Below are positions 9,725-19,767 of a DNA stretch of 64,000 nucleotides, in pieces. The translations under genes and the position numbers were made by a program. Source of the DNA: an uncultured Desulfatitalea sp. (GTDB taxonomy: Bacteria > Desulfobacterota > Desulfobacteria > Desulfobacterales > Desulfosarcinaceae); assembly GCA_963668675.2 (NCBI GenBank), contig CAXXMB010000002.1, positions 1,920,001 to 1,984,000 on the forward strand, written 5' to 3'. How positions within the stretch are numbered: position 1 is the stretch's first letter; the number at the start of each line of letters is the position of its first letter. Below the pieces are notes generated by a model. That model ran no database searches, was not told the DNA's origin, and was given only the letters and a program-made list of their open reading frames with translations.

Positions 9725-10876
9725 ATGAGCACAGACCAAGCGCAAGCAACGATACGTAAGCTACAGCAATATTATGATTCGATCCCCTCGCCGAAATACC
9801 GAAACGCCGATTTAAATACACTGATAGAAAATTTTGAACAGCTGCAAGGTCTGAAAGATTATCTGGGGCATGACAAAGCATACACCATATTGGCCAATGC
9901 CATGTCTCAGGTCATTGCCAAGTTATCGAGATCGGCCAACCTTGAAAACGTATCAAAAGAGAATCTCTGGTCGAATCGATCTGAACGGGGCACCAACAAA
10001 GTCATTCCACCCATATTAAAGGGAAAGGTAAAAGCCTGGCCCGTTGAATGGAGGGACAAATGGGGAAACACCTGCAGCATCAGCAAAGGGTATTGGAATA
10101 CAAAGAATCAAATGGTGATGGATGTTATCGGATATATGTTTTTATTAAAGGAAGGGGGCGATTGCTTGCCTGTCAATTCTGAACCGCTTTTCAATGACCT
10201 GTTTGAGATAGAGCAACTTGAAAACCAGCTAAACGGAGGATCCGCCAATATGATCCCTTCAACCACGAAACGACATTATGTCCGGTTTACAGATCATGAT
10301 TTCAAAAAATTCACTGGTATGGACTCTAATTCTACGGAGATCAAAACCTTGTTGTTGGAAACATCCAGGGTGGAGTTTAAACTTACGTTCCCGGTTCGAT
10401 TGAAATCCACGGGCGCCAAAGAAAACACACATCGGATGAACTATTATAGCCGGTTTTTCGAGTTTGCCCATGAGGATATATCAGTTAAAAGAAATGATGT
10501 CGTCTTGTCCAGGCGTTACACAATCGTATTTAATACGCTTCTGGGAGAGATGTTCGTCAACAACCTGCTGGCCAAATACAATGATCCAATCGATATCCGA
10601 TTTTATCAGCTAACCGACTCGGCGCAATATTTCTATCGAAGAGCGTTGGTCCATAACAGCTTTAAAAAGATCGAATTCAACCTGGCCACAATCGCTGATT
10701 ACGCAGGACTGACTGACAGCAACTTGTGGAACCTTGTGAACACAGTAGAAACCAACATACTGCAGCCACTTGTCGACTATGGATATATCTATTCATTCGA
10801 TAAGATTGGTGATGATCCCAAGTTTCGGAAATATATGATTAGAAGATCTGCACCTGATAGCAAAGACAAATCATAG
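9725..10876 (+). CDS. Putative iteron-binding replication initiator (Rep/TrfA-like)
   Basis: 383 aa, follows the primase-helicase and sits directly upstream of 21-bp repeats; wHTH-like C-terminus. Family inferred from context. Confidence 0.55.
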   Translation: MSTDQAQATIRKLQQYYDSIPSPKYRNADLNTLIENFEQLQGLKDYLGHDKAYTILANAMSQVIAKLSRSANLENVSKENLWSNRSERGTNKVIPPILKGKVKAWPVEWRDKWGNTCSISKGYWNTKNQMVMDVIGYMFLLKEGGDCLPVNSEPLFNDLFEIEQLENQLNGGSANMIPSTTKRHYVRFTDHDFKKFTGMDSNSTEIKTLLLETSRVEFKLTFPVRLKSTGAKENTHRMNYYSRFFEFAHEDISVKRNDVVLSRRYTIVFNTLLGEMFVNNLLAKYNDPIDIRFYQLTDSAQYFYRRALVHNSFKKIEFNLATIADYAGLTDSNLWNLVNTVETNILQPLVDYGYIYSFDKIGDDPKFRKYMIRRSAPDSKDKS

Positions 10877-10885
10877 GGACATGGT

Positions 10886-11051
10886 AGGGTCGGTAAAGAA
10901 TGTAGCAGGGTCGGTAAAGAATGTGGCAGGGTCGGTAAAGAGTCGAAACTGGTAATTATTTGAATTAGTATGATTTTTTAAAATTCAGTGAGATCGCATG
11001 ATATATTATGATATATTAAGGACGTCAAAGCATCCCTGTCGGGATACTTTG
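10886..11051 (+). repeat. Putative replication origin: three iterons plus AT-rich repeats
   Basis: AGGGTCGGTAAAGA at 10886, 10907 and 10928 (21-bp period); ATGATATATT twice at 10998-11017; hairpin at about 11026-11051. Confidence 0.75.
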
Positions 11052-11476
11052 CCTGAGAAGACCATTTATTTTTTTGTTTTTTAGGAAGTAGGGTCAGGAT
11101 GAGAATAATAGCAAGTGCAAGTGTAGTCGAATATCATGATTGCTAATCATCTTCGGATGAGATGAGGAGATAGTCTGAAAGCAAAAAGCAGGTATCTTTA
11201 AAAAAAATAAAAAAATGGTTATCGGAGTCCCCATCATGGTGGTTGCTTTTTTTGAGTCTATTTACCAAATATTACATTTTTTTGACAGAACTAAAGTGGA
11301 TGAGATATTCTCAGTATGGTTATTGATAGCTTAACTTTGGGATATGTTATCAAAAGTCAAAGGTCTTTGAATTTTTTATGTAGGAATAGAGCAGGTAAAA
11401 CATATCCAGACACATTTGTTATTCAATCGTAATTTGTTGGCTCAGGATTTATATCTTAAGAATGTGAGGGAATTCT

Positions 11477-12238
11477 ATGAGCATTTACATAGGTTGGTAC
11501 GGAAATCGTAGTAAATTAATCGCATCGACCTTGGCCAATTGGTTAACAACGATTATCAAGGATCTGAAAATATGGGTTTCAGAATCTGATATCGAAAAAA
11601 AGCCTGATCAATTAAATAAGTTGTCTGCAAAGCTCAAAAAATCCGATTTTGTTCTTTTTTGCATTACACCTGAAAATGTCGACGAACCTTGGCTTTTGTT
11701 TGAAGCCGGCGCACTTTCAAGAGTATTATCTGCTCCCCAGCTTATGTTAATCCTTTATGATATTGAATCATCGACTCTTAAGTCTCCTCTCTCACAATTT
11801 CAGGCAATACAATTGCAGGAAAAAAAGAAAACGTATGATTTGTTTGAACGGATTATTTTGGATGATAGTAATACTTCTCATTCAACTGCAAAATTGGATG
11901 ATTTGTTTGAAGAATATTGGCCAATTATTGAGCAATCTTTCAGGGAATTTCCTATTCGTTGGTTCATGACCACCATTTGCGGTGATCAAAACAACCTTAA
12001 GGTAACATCAGAGTTACTAAATATTATAGGCAAAACTTTGGCAACCCTGCCTCAAAGAGAAGAAACGGTAATTCGAAGGTATTTCGGAATCGGCGAAAAC
12101 CATGCCCAAATAATTTATGAGATGGATTTATCTGATGAACAAATGAGACAAATCTTAGCAAAGGCACTACGAAAGCTTCATCATCCGACCCGATCAAGAA
12201 AACTTCAAAGCTTTCTTAATGATAACGTAAAAGATTAG
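11477..12238 (+). CDS. TIR-domain protein fused to a sigma70 region 4-like domain
   Basis: TIR: IWVSESDI, FVLFCITPEN..PWLLFEAGALS. C-terminus LPQREETVIRRYFGIG...RQILAKALRKLHHPTRSRKLQSFL matches the RpoD tail pattern. Confidence 0.8.
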   Translation: MSIYIGWYGNRSKLIASTLANWLTTIIKDLKIWVSESDIEKKPDQLNKLSAKLKKSDFVLFCITPENVDEPWLLFEAGALSRVLSAPQLMLILYDIESSTLKSPLSQFQAIQLQEKKKTYDLFERIILDDSNTSHSTAKLDDLFEEYWPIIEQSFREFPIRWFMTTICGDQNNLKVTSELLNIIGKTLATLPQREETVIRRYFGIGENHAQIIYEMDLSDEQMRQILAKALRKLHHPTRSRKLQSFLNDNVKD

Positions 12239-12284
12239 CTACCACATTTTTCAATGTGCCAACATGTCAGAGAATTAGGGGGCT

Positions 12285-13403
12285 ATGCAGATGAATTTGG
12301 TAAAACATGTTGAGGAAATCCGTATAGGAATCAGGAGTGGCTGCTTTATAAATGAGGCTTCAGTTTCACAGGGAATTGTTTTGCGTTTGTTAAATGCCCT
12401 TGCTTGGCCGACATATGACACTCAGATTGTGTGCCCTGAATATTCTTTACAAGGCAGGCGAGTCGATTTTGCCCTATGTCATCCTCCTGGGAAACCCATT
12501 GCTTTCGTTGAGGTCAAGCAAATTGGCCAGAGCGAAGGTGCTGAAAGGCAATTGTTCGAGTATGCATTTCACGTTGGTGTACCGCTTGCTATACTCACAG
12601 ATGGTCAAGAATGGAATTTTTTTCTTCCAGGAGAGCAAGGTGATTATGGAGAGAGAAGAGTATATAAGCTCGACATTGTTGAACGGGATGTTTCTGAGTG
12701 CGTTGCTCGATTGGAAAGATATCTTCGATATGATGCAATCGTATCTGGTACCGCAATTGAATCGGCAAGAAAAGACTACCGAAACATTTCTCGTGATAGA
12801 CAAATGAAAGCAACTTTACCAAAGGCTTGGACAAAATTGATAGAGGGAGAGGATGAACTTTTGCTTGAATTATTAGCCGATAAGGTTGAGAGCCTTTGTG
12901 GATATAAACCTGATCCTGATACGGTAGCAAACTTCTTGAAGGAAAAGATTGCAGGTAAAGCCACTGTTTCACTGAAACCTAAAACGTTAAAAAGCGATAA
13001 CAGGTCTTTGAGGGCAGCTTCATCTGAACCATTAAAGCGTGTGGTAAATGAAGGCCCTAAAACAATTGGTTTCTTTATTGGAGGAAAGCATTATCCTGCA
13101 AGGAATGGACGTCAGATTCTCGAAGCCGTATTTGAGGAATTGGCAAGGCGAGATGAAACTATTCTTGAACGGTTTGCCGCATTGCCAAAACATGGGCGTA
13201 CTCGACGCTACCTTGCGAGAAATCCTGAAGATCTCTATCCTAACCGTCCAGACTTGGCACGTGATCACTCGATACAACTGACTTCAGGTTGGTGGATTAG
13301 TACCAACCACAGCAGAGCAACCATTGGCAGAATTATCGAAATGATCTGTAATGTTGCTTCGCTTGAGTACGGAAAAGATATCGTGGTAAACTTTGGCGAA
13401 TAA
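12285..13403 (+). CDS. HsdR-N-type PD-(D/E)xK nuclease with a SeqA-like C-terminal domain
   Basis: PEY..GRRVDFAL, FVEVK, QLFEYA, AILTDGQEW; C-terminal GRTRRYLA...WWISTNHS. Confidence 0.75.
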   Translation: MQMNLVKHVEEIRIGIRSGCFINEASVSQGIVLRLLNALAWPTYDTQIVCPEYSLQGRRVDFALCHPPGKPIAFVEVKQIGQSEGAERQLFEYAFHVGVPLAILTDGQEWNFFLPGEQGDYGERRVYKLDIVERDVSECVARLERYLRYDAIVSGTAIESARKDYRNISRDRQMKATLPKAWTKLIEGEDELLLELLADKVESLCGYKPDPDTVANFLKEKIAGKATVSLKPKTLKSDNRSLRAASSEPLKRVVNEGPKTIGFFIGGKHYPARNGRQILEAVFEELARRDETILERFAALPKHGRTRRYLARNPEDLYPNRPDLARDHSIQLTSGWWISTNHSRATIGRIIEMICNVASLEYGKDIVVNFGE

Positions 13404-13587
13404 AATAGTATTCAATTATAACTTGATTTTAATACCGATCAGTACTCGTCTATATGAATAGCTAAAAGCCTCATCCACACCCAACACCCCCCTTCACACC
13501 ATCAGCCCCATAGCGCCCTCCGATCATCTCCCTCAATCAGAACAAATAACAAATCAAATCCAATTCATATTCGGGAGGGAAGAATAA

Positions 13588-13749
13588 ATGCGAAAAAGGC
13601 GATACTCAAAAAACATCGGAGTGATGCTGAATGAACCACTCTACCAGATGCTCGTACAGGTGACCGATGAAAAAGAAGTGACCATTTCAAAATTCGTAAG
13701 ACAGCTTATCGAGGAAAAACTGGAACAAAAAGGAGAAGAGATATCATGA
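13588..13749 (+). CDS. Ribbon-helix-helix protein (53 aa, not in the ORF track)
   Basis: MRKRRYSKNIGVMLNEPLYQMLVQVTDEKEVTISKFVRQLIEEKL; GGAGG RBS; ATGA overlap with the next ORF. Confidence 0.7.
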   Translation: MRKRRYSKNIGVMLNEPLYQMLVQVTDEKEVTISKFVRQLIEEKLEQKGEEIS

Positions 13750-13952
13750 CACTAAAATACTGTCCCTATTGCAGGAAAATCGGGAACGTTCGCGTGATGG
13801 CACATTACGATCAAGTGCCATGGAAAGGCATCATGGTTAAGCGAAGAAAGGTGATTCATATGATCGAGGAAGGCGGCTGTGGTCTCACGTGGTATACGGG
13901 TGAATTGCCCTTTGAAATGCTGAAGGATGACAAGGTGAATGACACAGGATAG
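13746..13952 (+). CDS. Small zinc-ribbon-like protein
   Basis: CPYC...GGCGLTWYTGE; translationally coupled to the RHH gene. Confidence 0.6.
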   Translation: MTLKYCPYCRKIGNVRVMAHYDQVPWKGIMVKRRKVIHMIEEGGCGLTWYTGELPFEMLKDDKVNDTG

Positions 13953-14330
13953 ATGCGATGATCAGAATAGCGAGGGATAATAGGTTCGTCGAATTGTGAA
14001 AAGGTGCGCCAGGGGAGTTGGTATTCATGTCGATCTTGGTCCAAACGGGGTGTTGGTCTTGATATGGAGCCGCTTCCCTGACCGCATCGAGTATTGTTTT
14101 GGAAGGCGGGAATTTGTGAATACGCAGCTTACTGCGTTTTTAACTGCGAGGTTACGCTCGTTTGGTCGGCCGGTGAGCTCAGAAGCGCTCAGCATAAAAA
14201 AAAACAATTGCGTTTGGATCCGATGTCTGCAGTTTAGGGGCGCGCAACTGATAGAGCTGGATTTTCACACTGAAAACGAAAAGCGATTTCACTCAGCGCC
14301 GGCAAATTTTCAATAGGGAGGACCTACTAT

Positions 14331-14654
14331 ATGAGAAACGCATTCACACTACCCAGCAAGACATACATTGAGCTGGACCAGCCGGAAACTTACAAGCGAT
14401 TCATGCAGGGATATTTCCAGCTGCTCCGAGAAAATTTCCAATCATATAAGGTGATGGACCAAAATGGCGTTCTGAAAGAGATCCGATACTCATGCGGTCA
14501 GGAACATACTTCTCGAAATCCAAACTGGAGGCCATTTCAGTATCTGGAACAGCATTGTCGGAAATGGGGATTCGACGACATGGAGGCGCAGGATGTTATA
14601 GAGGAGAGGATTGGCCGGCGGTTGACCTGTGAGTGCGAGTTGTTGGGTGGATAG
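14331..14654 (+). CDS. Hypothetical protein
   Basis: 107 aa; GGGAGG RBS. Confidence 0.6.
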   Translation: MRNAFTLPSKTYIELDQPETYKRFMQGYFQLLRENFQSYKVMDQNGVLKEIRYSCGQEHTSRNPNWRPFQYLEQHCRKWGFDDMEAQDVIEERIGRRLTCECELLGG

Positions 14655-14824
14655 TTGGTGGGGGGTGAAGCTCCTGCCGTTCTCTATGCAATTTGGCAAA
14701 GCCTGTCATCTGGTCCAGTGCCAGTAGTTTCGGTATCAAGGAAGATGAACATTGCAGGATTATATCAATCGCTTTGAGTAAGTCGAGAACCAGTTAGAAT
14801 TGGAATTCAAACTTGGATATTGTG

Positions 14825-15190
14825 TTAGTCCCAACATAAACCATCCGGCACAAAACGAAGTGTCATCTGTTGGCACCAAGGGCACCAATAGTAGCCATCA
14901 GTTAACTTCAATTCTCCTTCGGGTAATTTTTCAAACCGCCAACTCGCCACAACATTATTCCCCGGCGTTCCACACAAGGCTGGGTCGCTATATGGAATCA
15001 TTTTCTGAGATTTGCATTCCGGACATTCCTGAATCGGGGCAAGAAGGTTGCCCACCACCACAAAATTACAATGCTCACAAAGGCATGGAAAATAACATGT
15101 CGTCATAAAATTTCTCATGCCACCTCCGATAGAAATGGATTTATCAAGTCCACATTGGCATTTTGCTCTAACTTGTGATCCCATCTTCAC
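14825..15190 (-). CDS. Cys-rich multi-zinc-finger protein
   Basis: CQCG, CEHC, CPEC and CPWC motifs. Confidence 0.65.
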   Translation of the reverse strand: MKMGSQVRAKCQCGLDKSISIGGGMRNFMTTCYFPCLCEHCNFVVVGNLLAPIQECPECKSQKMIPYSDPALCGTPGNNVVASWRFEKLPEGELKLTDGYYWCPWCQQMTLRFVPDGLCWD

Positions 15191-15436
15191 CTCATACTTT
15201 CGGCACGATACCTGCTAAATTTCAGATATTTATCCCAATTCAACATATAACTATTCAGCGATATCATTTTGGGTAAGTGTCATTGTTGCATCTCCGTTTA
15301 AATCTTAAAAATTGGTCCTAACAGTGGATAACTTTCAGATATTATTATTTATGTCAATGTGTTGATGTCGATTGATGATGGTGCCGTAAGTAAGTCGAGA
15401 ACCACCATAGAGTCGATGTTTGATCGAGCAACCCGT

Positions 15437-16126
15437 TTAAAAATCTAATTCCATTTGAACAGGCTCAAGATTGGACGCTTTGTTTGTTTTAACGGAATTA
15501 ACCTGTTTGTCGACAGGGTAAAATTTTAAATCTGTTACAGCCTTGGTTCCCAGCATCTCCTTCAAGGCCTTTAAATCGCCGTGTTCAGGGTCCAGCCAAT
15601 CGTTATAGACGTTTGATGGTAAAATTACCGGCATCCGATGATGAATCTTACGCACAGCACCGATGGCCTCACGGGTTATGATGGTGCATGAACGATATAC
15701 TTCATCATGGCTTCCTTTTTCATTCCATGTTTCCCACAGACCTGCAAATGCAAACGGCGATTTATCCGGCAAGGTGATGAACACTGGTTGCTTATTCCCC
15801 TTTTGGCCGGCCCATTCATAAAAACCGTCGGCCAGTATTAGGCATCGCCTTTTCTTGAACGCTTCCCGAAAGCTTGGTTTGGTGTCAATCGTTTCAGATC
15901 TGGCATTAATCATTTTATAACCGATCGAGATATCCTTGGCCCAATGAGGCACCAATCCCCAGTGATATTGATCCAGGACATTGGCCTCATCAATTCTTGC
16001 AATTGCGATGATCTTTTGGCTCGGAGCGACATTGTAATTTTCAGTAGCTTCGCATTTAACATCATCGATTGGGAAATATTGTTTAAGCTGCTCAACGTTT
16101 CTGAATCCAACAAACCGGCCGCACAT
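15437..16126 (-). CDS. SOS response-associated peptidase (SRAP; YedK/HMCES family)
   Basis: True start is MCGRF at 16126 with a GGAGG RBS; NYNVAP, INARSET, GFYEW, IHHRMPVIL. Confidence 0.95.
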   Translation of the reverse strand: MCGRFVGFRNVEQLKQYFPIDDVKCEATENYNVAPSQKIIAIARIDEANVLDQYHWGLVPHWAKDISIGYKMINARSETIDTKPSFREAFKKRRCLILADGFYEWAGQKGNKQPVFITLPDKSPFAFAGLWETWNEKGSHDEVYRSCTIITREAIGAVRKIHHRMPVILPSNVYNDWLDPEHGDLKALKEMLGTKAVTDLKFYPVDKQVNSVKTNKASNLEPVQMELDF

Positions 16127-16175
16127 GGTATAGCCTCCGTTGTTTTCATTTTGGGGTGGATATAATGTATGCCGT

Positions 16176-16445
16176 ATGAGGGAGAAATCAACAATGGAGA
16201 CCATCCGATTCGTATTTGAGATCGACAGCCAAACCTTATCCACTTTGGATACAGAAAAGGAGCGTATCGAGTTAGCAAAAATTATCGATGGTGCTCTAAG
16301 AGATGCGGATGTTGGATGGTGGACTGGCAGCTCTTTGAAGGGAACCTCAATGGTTTTTTTCTGCCAGGTCAATGACGAGCTTGTGGCAAGGGACACACTC
16401 CTGAAGAAACTTAGTTGGCATCCGTTGATCAGGTTTCTGGTGTGA
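16176..16445 (+). CDS. Hypothetical protein
   Basis: ORF divergent from SRAP; start uncertain. Confidence 0.45.
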   Translation: MREKSTMETIRFVFEIDSQTLSTLDTEKERIELAKIIDGALRDADVGWWTGSSLKGTSMVFFCQVNDELVARDTLLKKLSWHPLIRFLV

Positions 16446-16474
16446 GGAGAATCATTAATAACAGCATGTAGAAC

Positions 16475-18439
16475 TTACGATTTTCTTGCCAAGGCTTCCT
16501 GTAGTCCTGGAATTTCATCAGCACCAACTGGTACTGTAATTTCCGAATTTAGAATTTCTTCGCCAATAGGTTCATAATTGCCACCCAACCATTTTGATAA
16601 AAACCCTTCAATAATGGCACTTATTAAGAGTCTTTCTTGTTTGTTGATGCTAAACAGATCATGTCCATAATTTGGAAAAAGTGCGTAAGTGACAGCAATT
16701 TGTTTGCGTTTAATCGATTCTATTATCTGATTTGATTCGGACTGCTTTACGCGAGGGTCTTGTCCCCCATGAAAAATGAGAACTGGACGACAAATTCGAT
16801 CTGCGTAAGTGATTGGGGATTGTTTTCTCAAAAGCATTCTACCTTTTGCAGTACGATAATCACCTACACGTTTTAGTTGCTTTTCACGAATTGGTTCCCA
16901 ATAGGGCGGCATATTTTTTAGCAACGTCGTTAGATTCGACGGACCGGAAATGTCAATGCCACATGCAAAATATTCTGGATAGAACGTCAGACCTGACAAG
17001 GCTGCATATCCACCAAAGCTATGGCCCATAATGGCAATTTTATCGACATCAGCTATTTTTTTGGTGATTGTCCAATCCACCGCATCTATGATATCTTCCA
17101 TAATCTTACCACCCCATTCTAAATCTCCTCCATTACAAAAGTGTTTTCCAAAACCTGTTGAAGCGCGAAAGTTTACAGATAAAACGGCATAACCACGATT
17201 TGCAAATAATTGATGATGTGGATTGAATTCCCAAAAATCTCTATCCCATGGACCTCCGTGTATAATTACAACCATTGGGATAGGTTTGTCTGGGATGCCA
17301 TTACATACTGAGTCAGAATTAAAAGGAAGGGAATAGTAGAGTAAAAGATCCAGATCATCTCTTGATTTGATTACTTCAGAATACATTCTAACAGTTGGTT
17401 CAAAAGACAGATCTATATCTGGTGTGACTAAGTAGGAAATTTTACCTTTAACTCGGTCATATAGACAATAATGAATACCCAAAGTATCTGACACATACTT
17501 TACTGCCCAATAACTATTATCTAAAGGTCGACTGAGGATTTCCATATCACCAAGTTTTCGATTTAATAAATAATCAAAATCAGACTGGATCTCGGAATCG
17601 AGAATTTGCCATTTTGTACGTTCATAGATAAACGAAACAGCTTGCGGGTGTTTTTTCACCGGGTGAAATATTACGTCATGGACGTCACATTTTGGATCGA
17701 CTGAAAGCAATAAGGATTCTTTCGTTTCAAGGTTTATTTTTTTCAGTCCCGCAGTATCTGTTCCACAACAATCCGTGATATATATATTTTCGTTTGTTTT
17801 ATCAAAACCACAAAAAGCAGTGTTCGACGAAAAATCTTCATCAGAAATAGTGTCCCAAAGTTGCCATTTGCCGTCTTTTAGAAGATATTGTTCAAGGTTT
17901 CCAGAAGGTTTTATTTTTATACCGATACGTGTCTGAAAATCATTATCCACATGTAGATCTAAAAAGGAGTCATTGGTGCTTAAAAGTTTCATTTCACCAG
18001 TAATGATGTGGATGCGATATAAATCATGCCATTTGGGACTACGGTTGTTTATCGCGACAACAATTTCTTCAGGGAATTTTGGGCTTAGAGCAATTATTCT
18101 TGATTGTGTTCCACTATCTTTGGTGATCTCTTTTACGGTCTCTGTTTGCAAATCCAACACGCAAATCTGATAATTCTCATCTACATTTTTATCATGAGTG
18201 AATATGATATGAGTATTAGTGTATGCCCACTTAAAAATTTGAACATTTCGAATTCGATTTAGCGGAATGAAACGTTTATGATCAAGGTTGTTGCATTGAA
18301 TTACCGCAAAATAATGCATTTCTCCATCAAAAGAGTGACATGCTAAATACTGTCCATTAGGGCTAATTTCAAAATTTTCATGGTATGAGTTTTCAAAAAA
18401 AAGCGAACGAGGAATTAGTTGCATTTCAAGGGACCTCAT
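16475..18439 (-). CDS. S9 family peptidase (acylaminoacyl/dipeptidyl aminopeptidase)
   Basis: IHGGPW, GHSFGG nucleophile motif, GGQDPRV, YGHDL. Confidence 0.92.
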   Translation of the reverse strand: MRSLEMQLIPRSLFFENSYHENFEISPNGQYLACHSFDGEMHYFAVIQCNNLDHKRFIPLNRIRNVQIFKWAYTNTHIIFTHDKNVDENYQICVLDLQTETVKEITKDSGTQSRIIALSPKFPEEIVVAINNRSPKWHDLYRIHIITGEMKLLSTNDSFLDLHVDNDFQTRIGIKIKPSGNLEQYLLKDGKWQLWDTISDEDFSSNTAFCGFDKTNENIYITDCCGTDTAGLKKINLETKESLLLSVDPKCDVHDVIFHPVKKHPQAVSFIYERTKWQILDSEIQSDFDYLLNRKLGDMEILSRPLDNSYWAVKYVSDTLGIHYCLYDRVKGKISYLVTPDIDLSFEPTVRMYSEVIKSRDDLDLLLYYSLPFNSDSVCNGIPDKPIPMVVIIHGGPWDRDFWEFNPHHQLFANRGYAVLSVNFRASTGFGKHFCNGGDLEWGGKIMEDIIDAVDWTITKKIADVDKIAIMGHSFGGYAALSGLTFYPEYFACGIDISGPSNLTTLLKNMPPYWEPIREKQLKRVGDYRTAKGRMLLRKQSPITYADRICRPVLIFHGGQDPRVKQSESNQIIESIKRKQIAVTYALFPNYGHDLFSINKQERLLISAIIEGFLSKWLGGNYEPIGEEILNSEITVPVGADEIPGLQEALARKS

Positions 18440-18630
18440 ATTTTAATCCCGGAATCTGTTTTGTTCCAGCCGGAAGTGTATTCATCACCGCCTCAATCCT
18501 TCCTGCTGCCGCTGCCGGGTCAGATGTTTACACCGGATAAAAGCTGTGACTGTAAATGACTTTCATCGATACGTGTTCCATGACATTGTGTTTCTCGTTT
18601 TGAGATCGAAACTGGGTTTATACAGTGACA

Positions 18631-18858
18631 TCAATAAACGTTCGTGATCTGGGCCCCACTCTTTTCGATATATCTTGACACCTCATCGACACCACCTTGA
18701 TCGATTCCACCGGCGCCCGTGAAGCTCTCCCCATAGATTTCAAAATAGGTATCGTCGTCGAAAATTAAAAAGACCTGATTTTTGGGAGGCCTATCGTTTC
18801 TTGTGACGATGACGGATTTGATTGTTTTTCCGATTATATGCTTTAAGCCGTCTTTCAT
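18631..18858 (-). CDS. Hypothetical protein
   Basis: 75-aa ORF with a plausible RBS. Confidence 0.5.
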   Translation of the reverse strand: MKDGLKHIIGKTIKSVIVTRNDRPPKNQVFLIFDDDTYFEIYGESFTGAGGIDQGGVDEVSRYIEKSGAQITNVY

Positions 18859-19620
18859 ATGGAACCTTTCATAGTTTTTAACCTGTATACTTTCTGTCCC
18901 TATTGTGGATAGTTATATTGACCGGCCTCAACCATTGCATCGTGAAAATGAGTCCGGAATATTGATTTCAGGTGTTCAAAGGCCTCATCAACGATGTTTT
19001 CATCATCTGTTCTCAATCGATCTAACATTTGATACCCCCTGTCGTAGATGATTTTCTATATTCGAAACCATTTGTTGGTGGATGAGCAAAAATGATACCA
19101 CCATAAAATTTCGATCTATTGGCTATAAATACGGCAGGTTAAACAGACGGAACAACGCCAGGTCGCTTAGGTCATTGACATATTTAGACAATTGTTGGAC
19201 GGTTTTTGGAAATTAATGGAGGGGGCAATTCGGTTACTTGAGCAATATTGCCGCAAATGGAGATACGACGACATGCAGACTCGGGATGCTGAATCAACTT
19301 GCAATTAGAGTTCACCAGCCAGATCCAGACCAAAAGCGCCAAGATAAAAACATCCAGTTTTTGTTCGACATGCAGATTTTAGAGCGGGCTTCTGAAATTT
19401 CTTGGTTGAAAACTAATCCATGATCACTGTGGCTATCAACGAGACCGTAAATCGTTATGATATTAAATACATATCTTCGGTTTCATCAGATTGAAAATAC
19501 CTTCAGTAAACCAGTAGATATCACAGGTGATCCTATGCTTAGAAAGTGCTTCATCTTATTGTTTGTCAGTCATCTCAGGAAGTATCCAAACAACATTTAT
19601 GGCGGGCAAGGCGGGAATAA

Positions 19621-19674
19621 TCGGTCCAAATCGGTAAAGATCGTTTGACACGGATAGGTCCATTCGTCTATTTT
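19621..19674 (+). promoter_or_regulatory. Putative sigma70 promoter of the BREX operon, with 10-bp-period repeats
   Basis: TTGACA at 19645, 18-nt spacer, TATTTT; TCGGT/TCGGT/TCGTT at 19621, 19631 and 19641. Confidence 0.45.
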
Positions 19675-19767
19675 TTGCTAAGTTAGGTGGGCGGTAGTCC
19701 CACCAGTTCTGATTTTGTTCGGCTTAACTCATCAAGGTCAAAAACCGTCGCCCAAAAGGATTTCAAG

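Noticed and set aside
10886..10941. Three direct repeats as a mini-CRISPR
   Set aside because: The 14-bp repeats have near-identical 7-bp spacers and there are no cas genes; iterons fit better.
11477..13403. Thoeris or a type I R-M system
   Set aside because: There is no ThsA-type effector, no HsdM/HsdS and no helicase domain.
15437..16396. 319-aa SRAP as given in the ORF track
   Set aside because: SRAP proteins need Cys at position 2; the real start is MCGRF at 16126.
19631..19640. TCGGTAAAGA matching the iteron core at the BREX promoter, suggesting Rep control of BREX
   Set aside because: A single 10-bp match in 64 kb can arise by chance.
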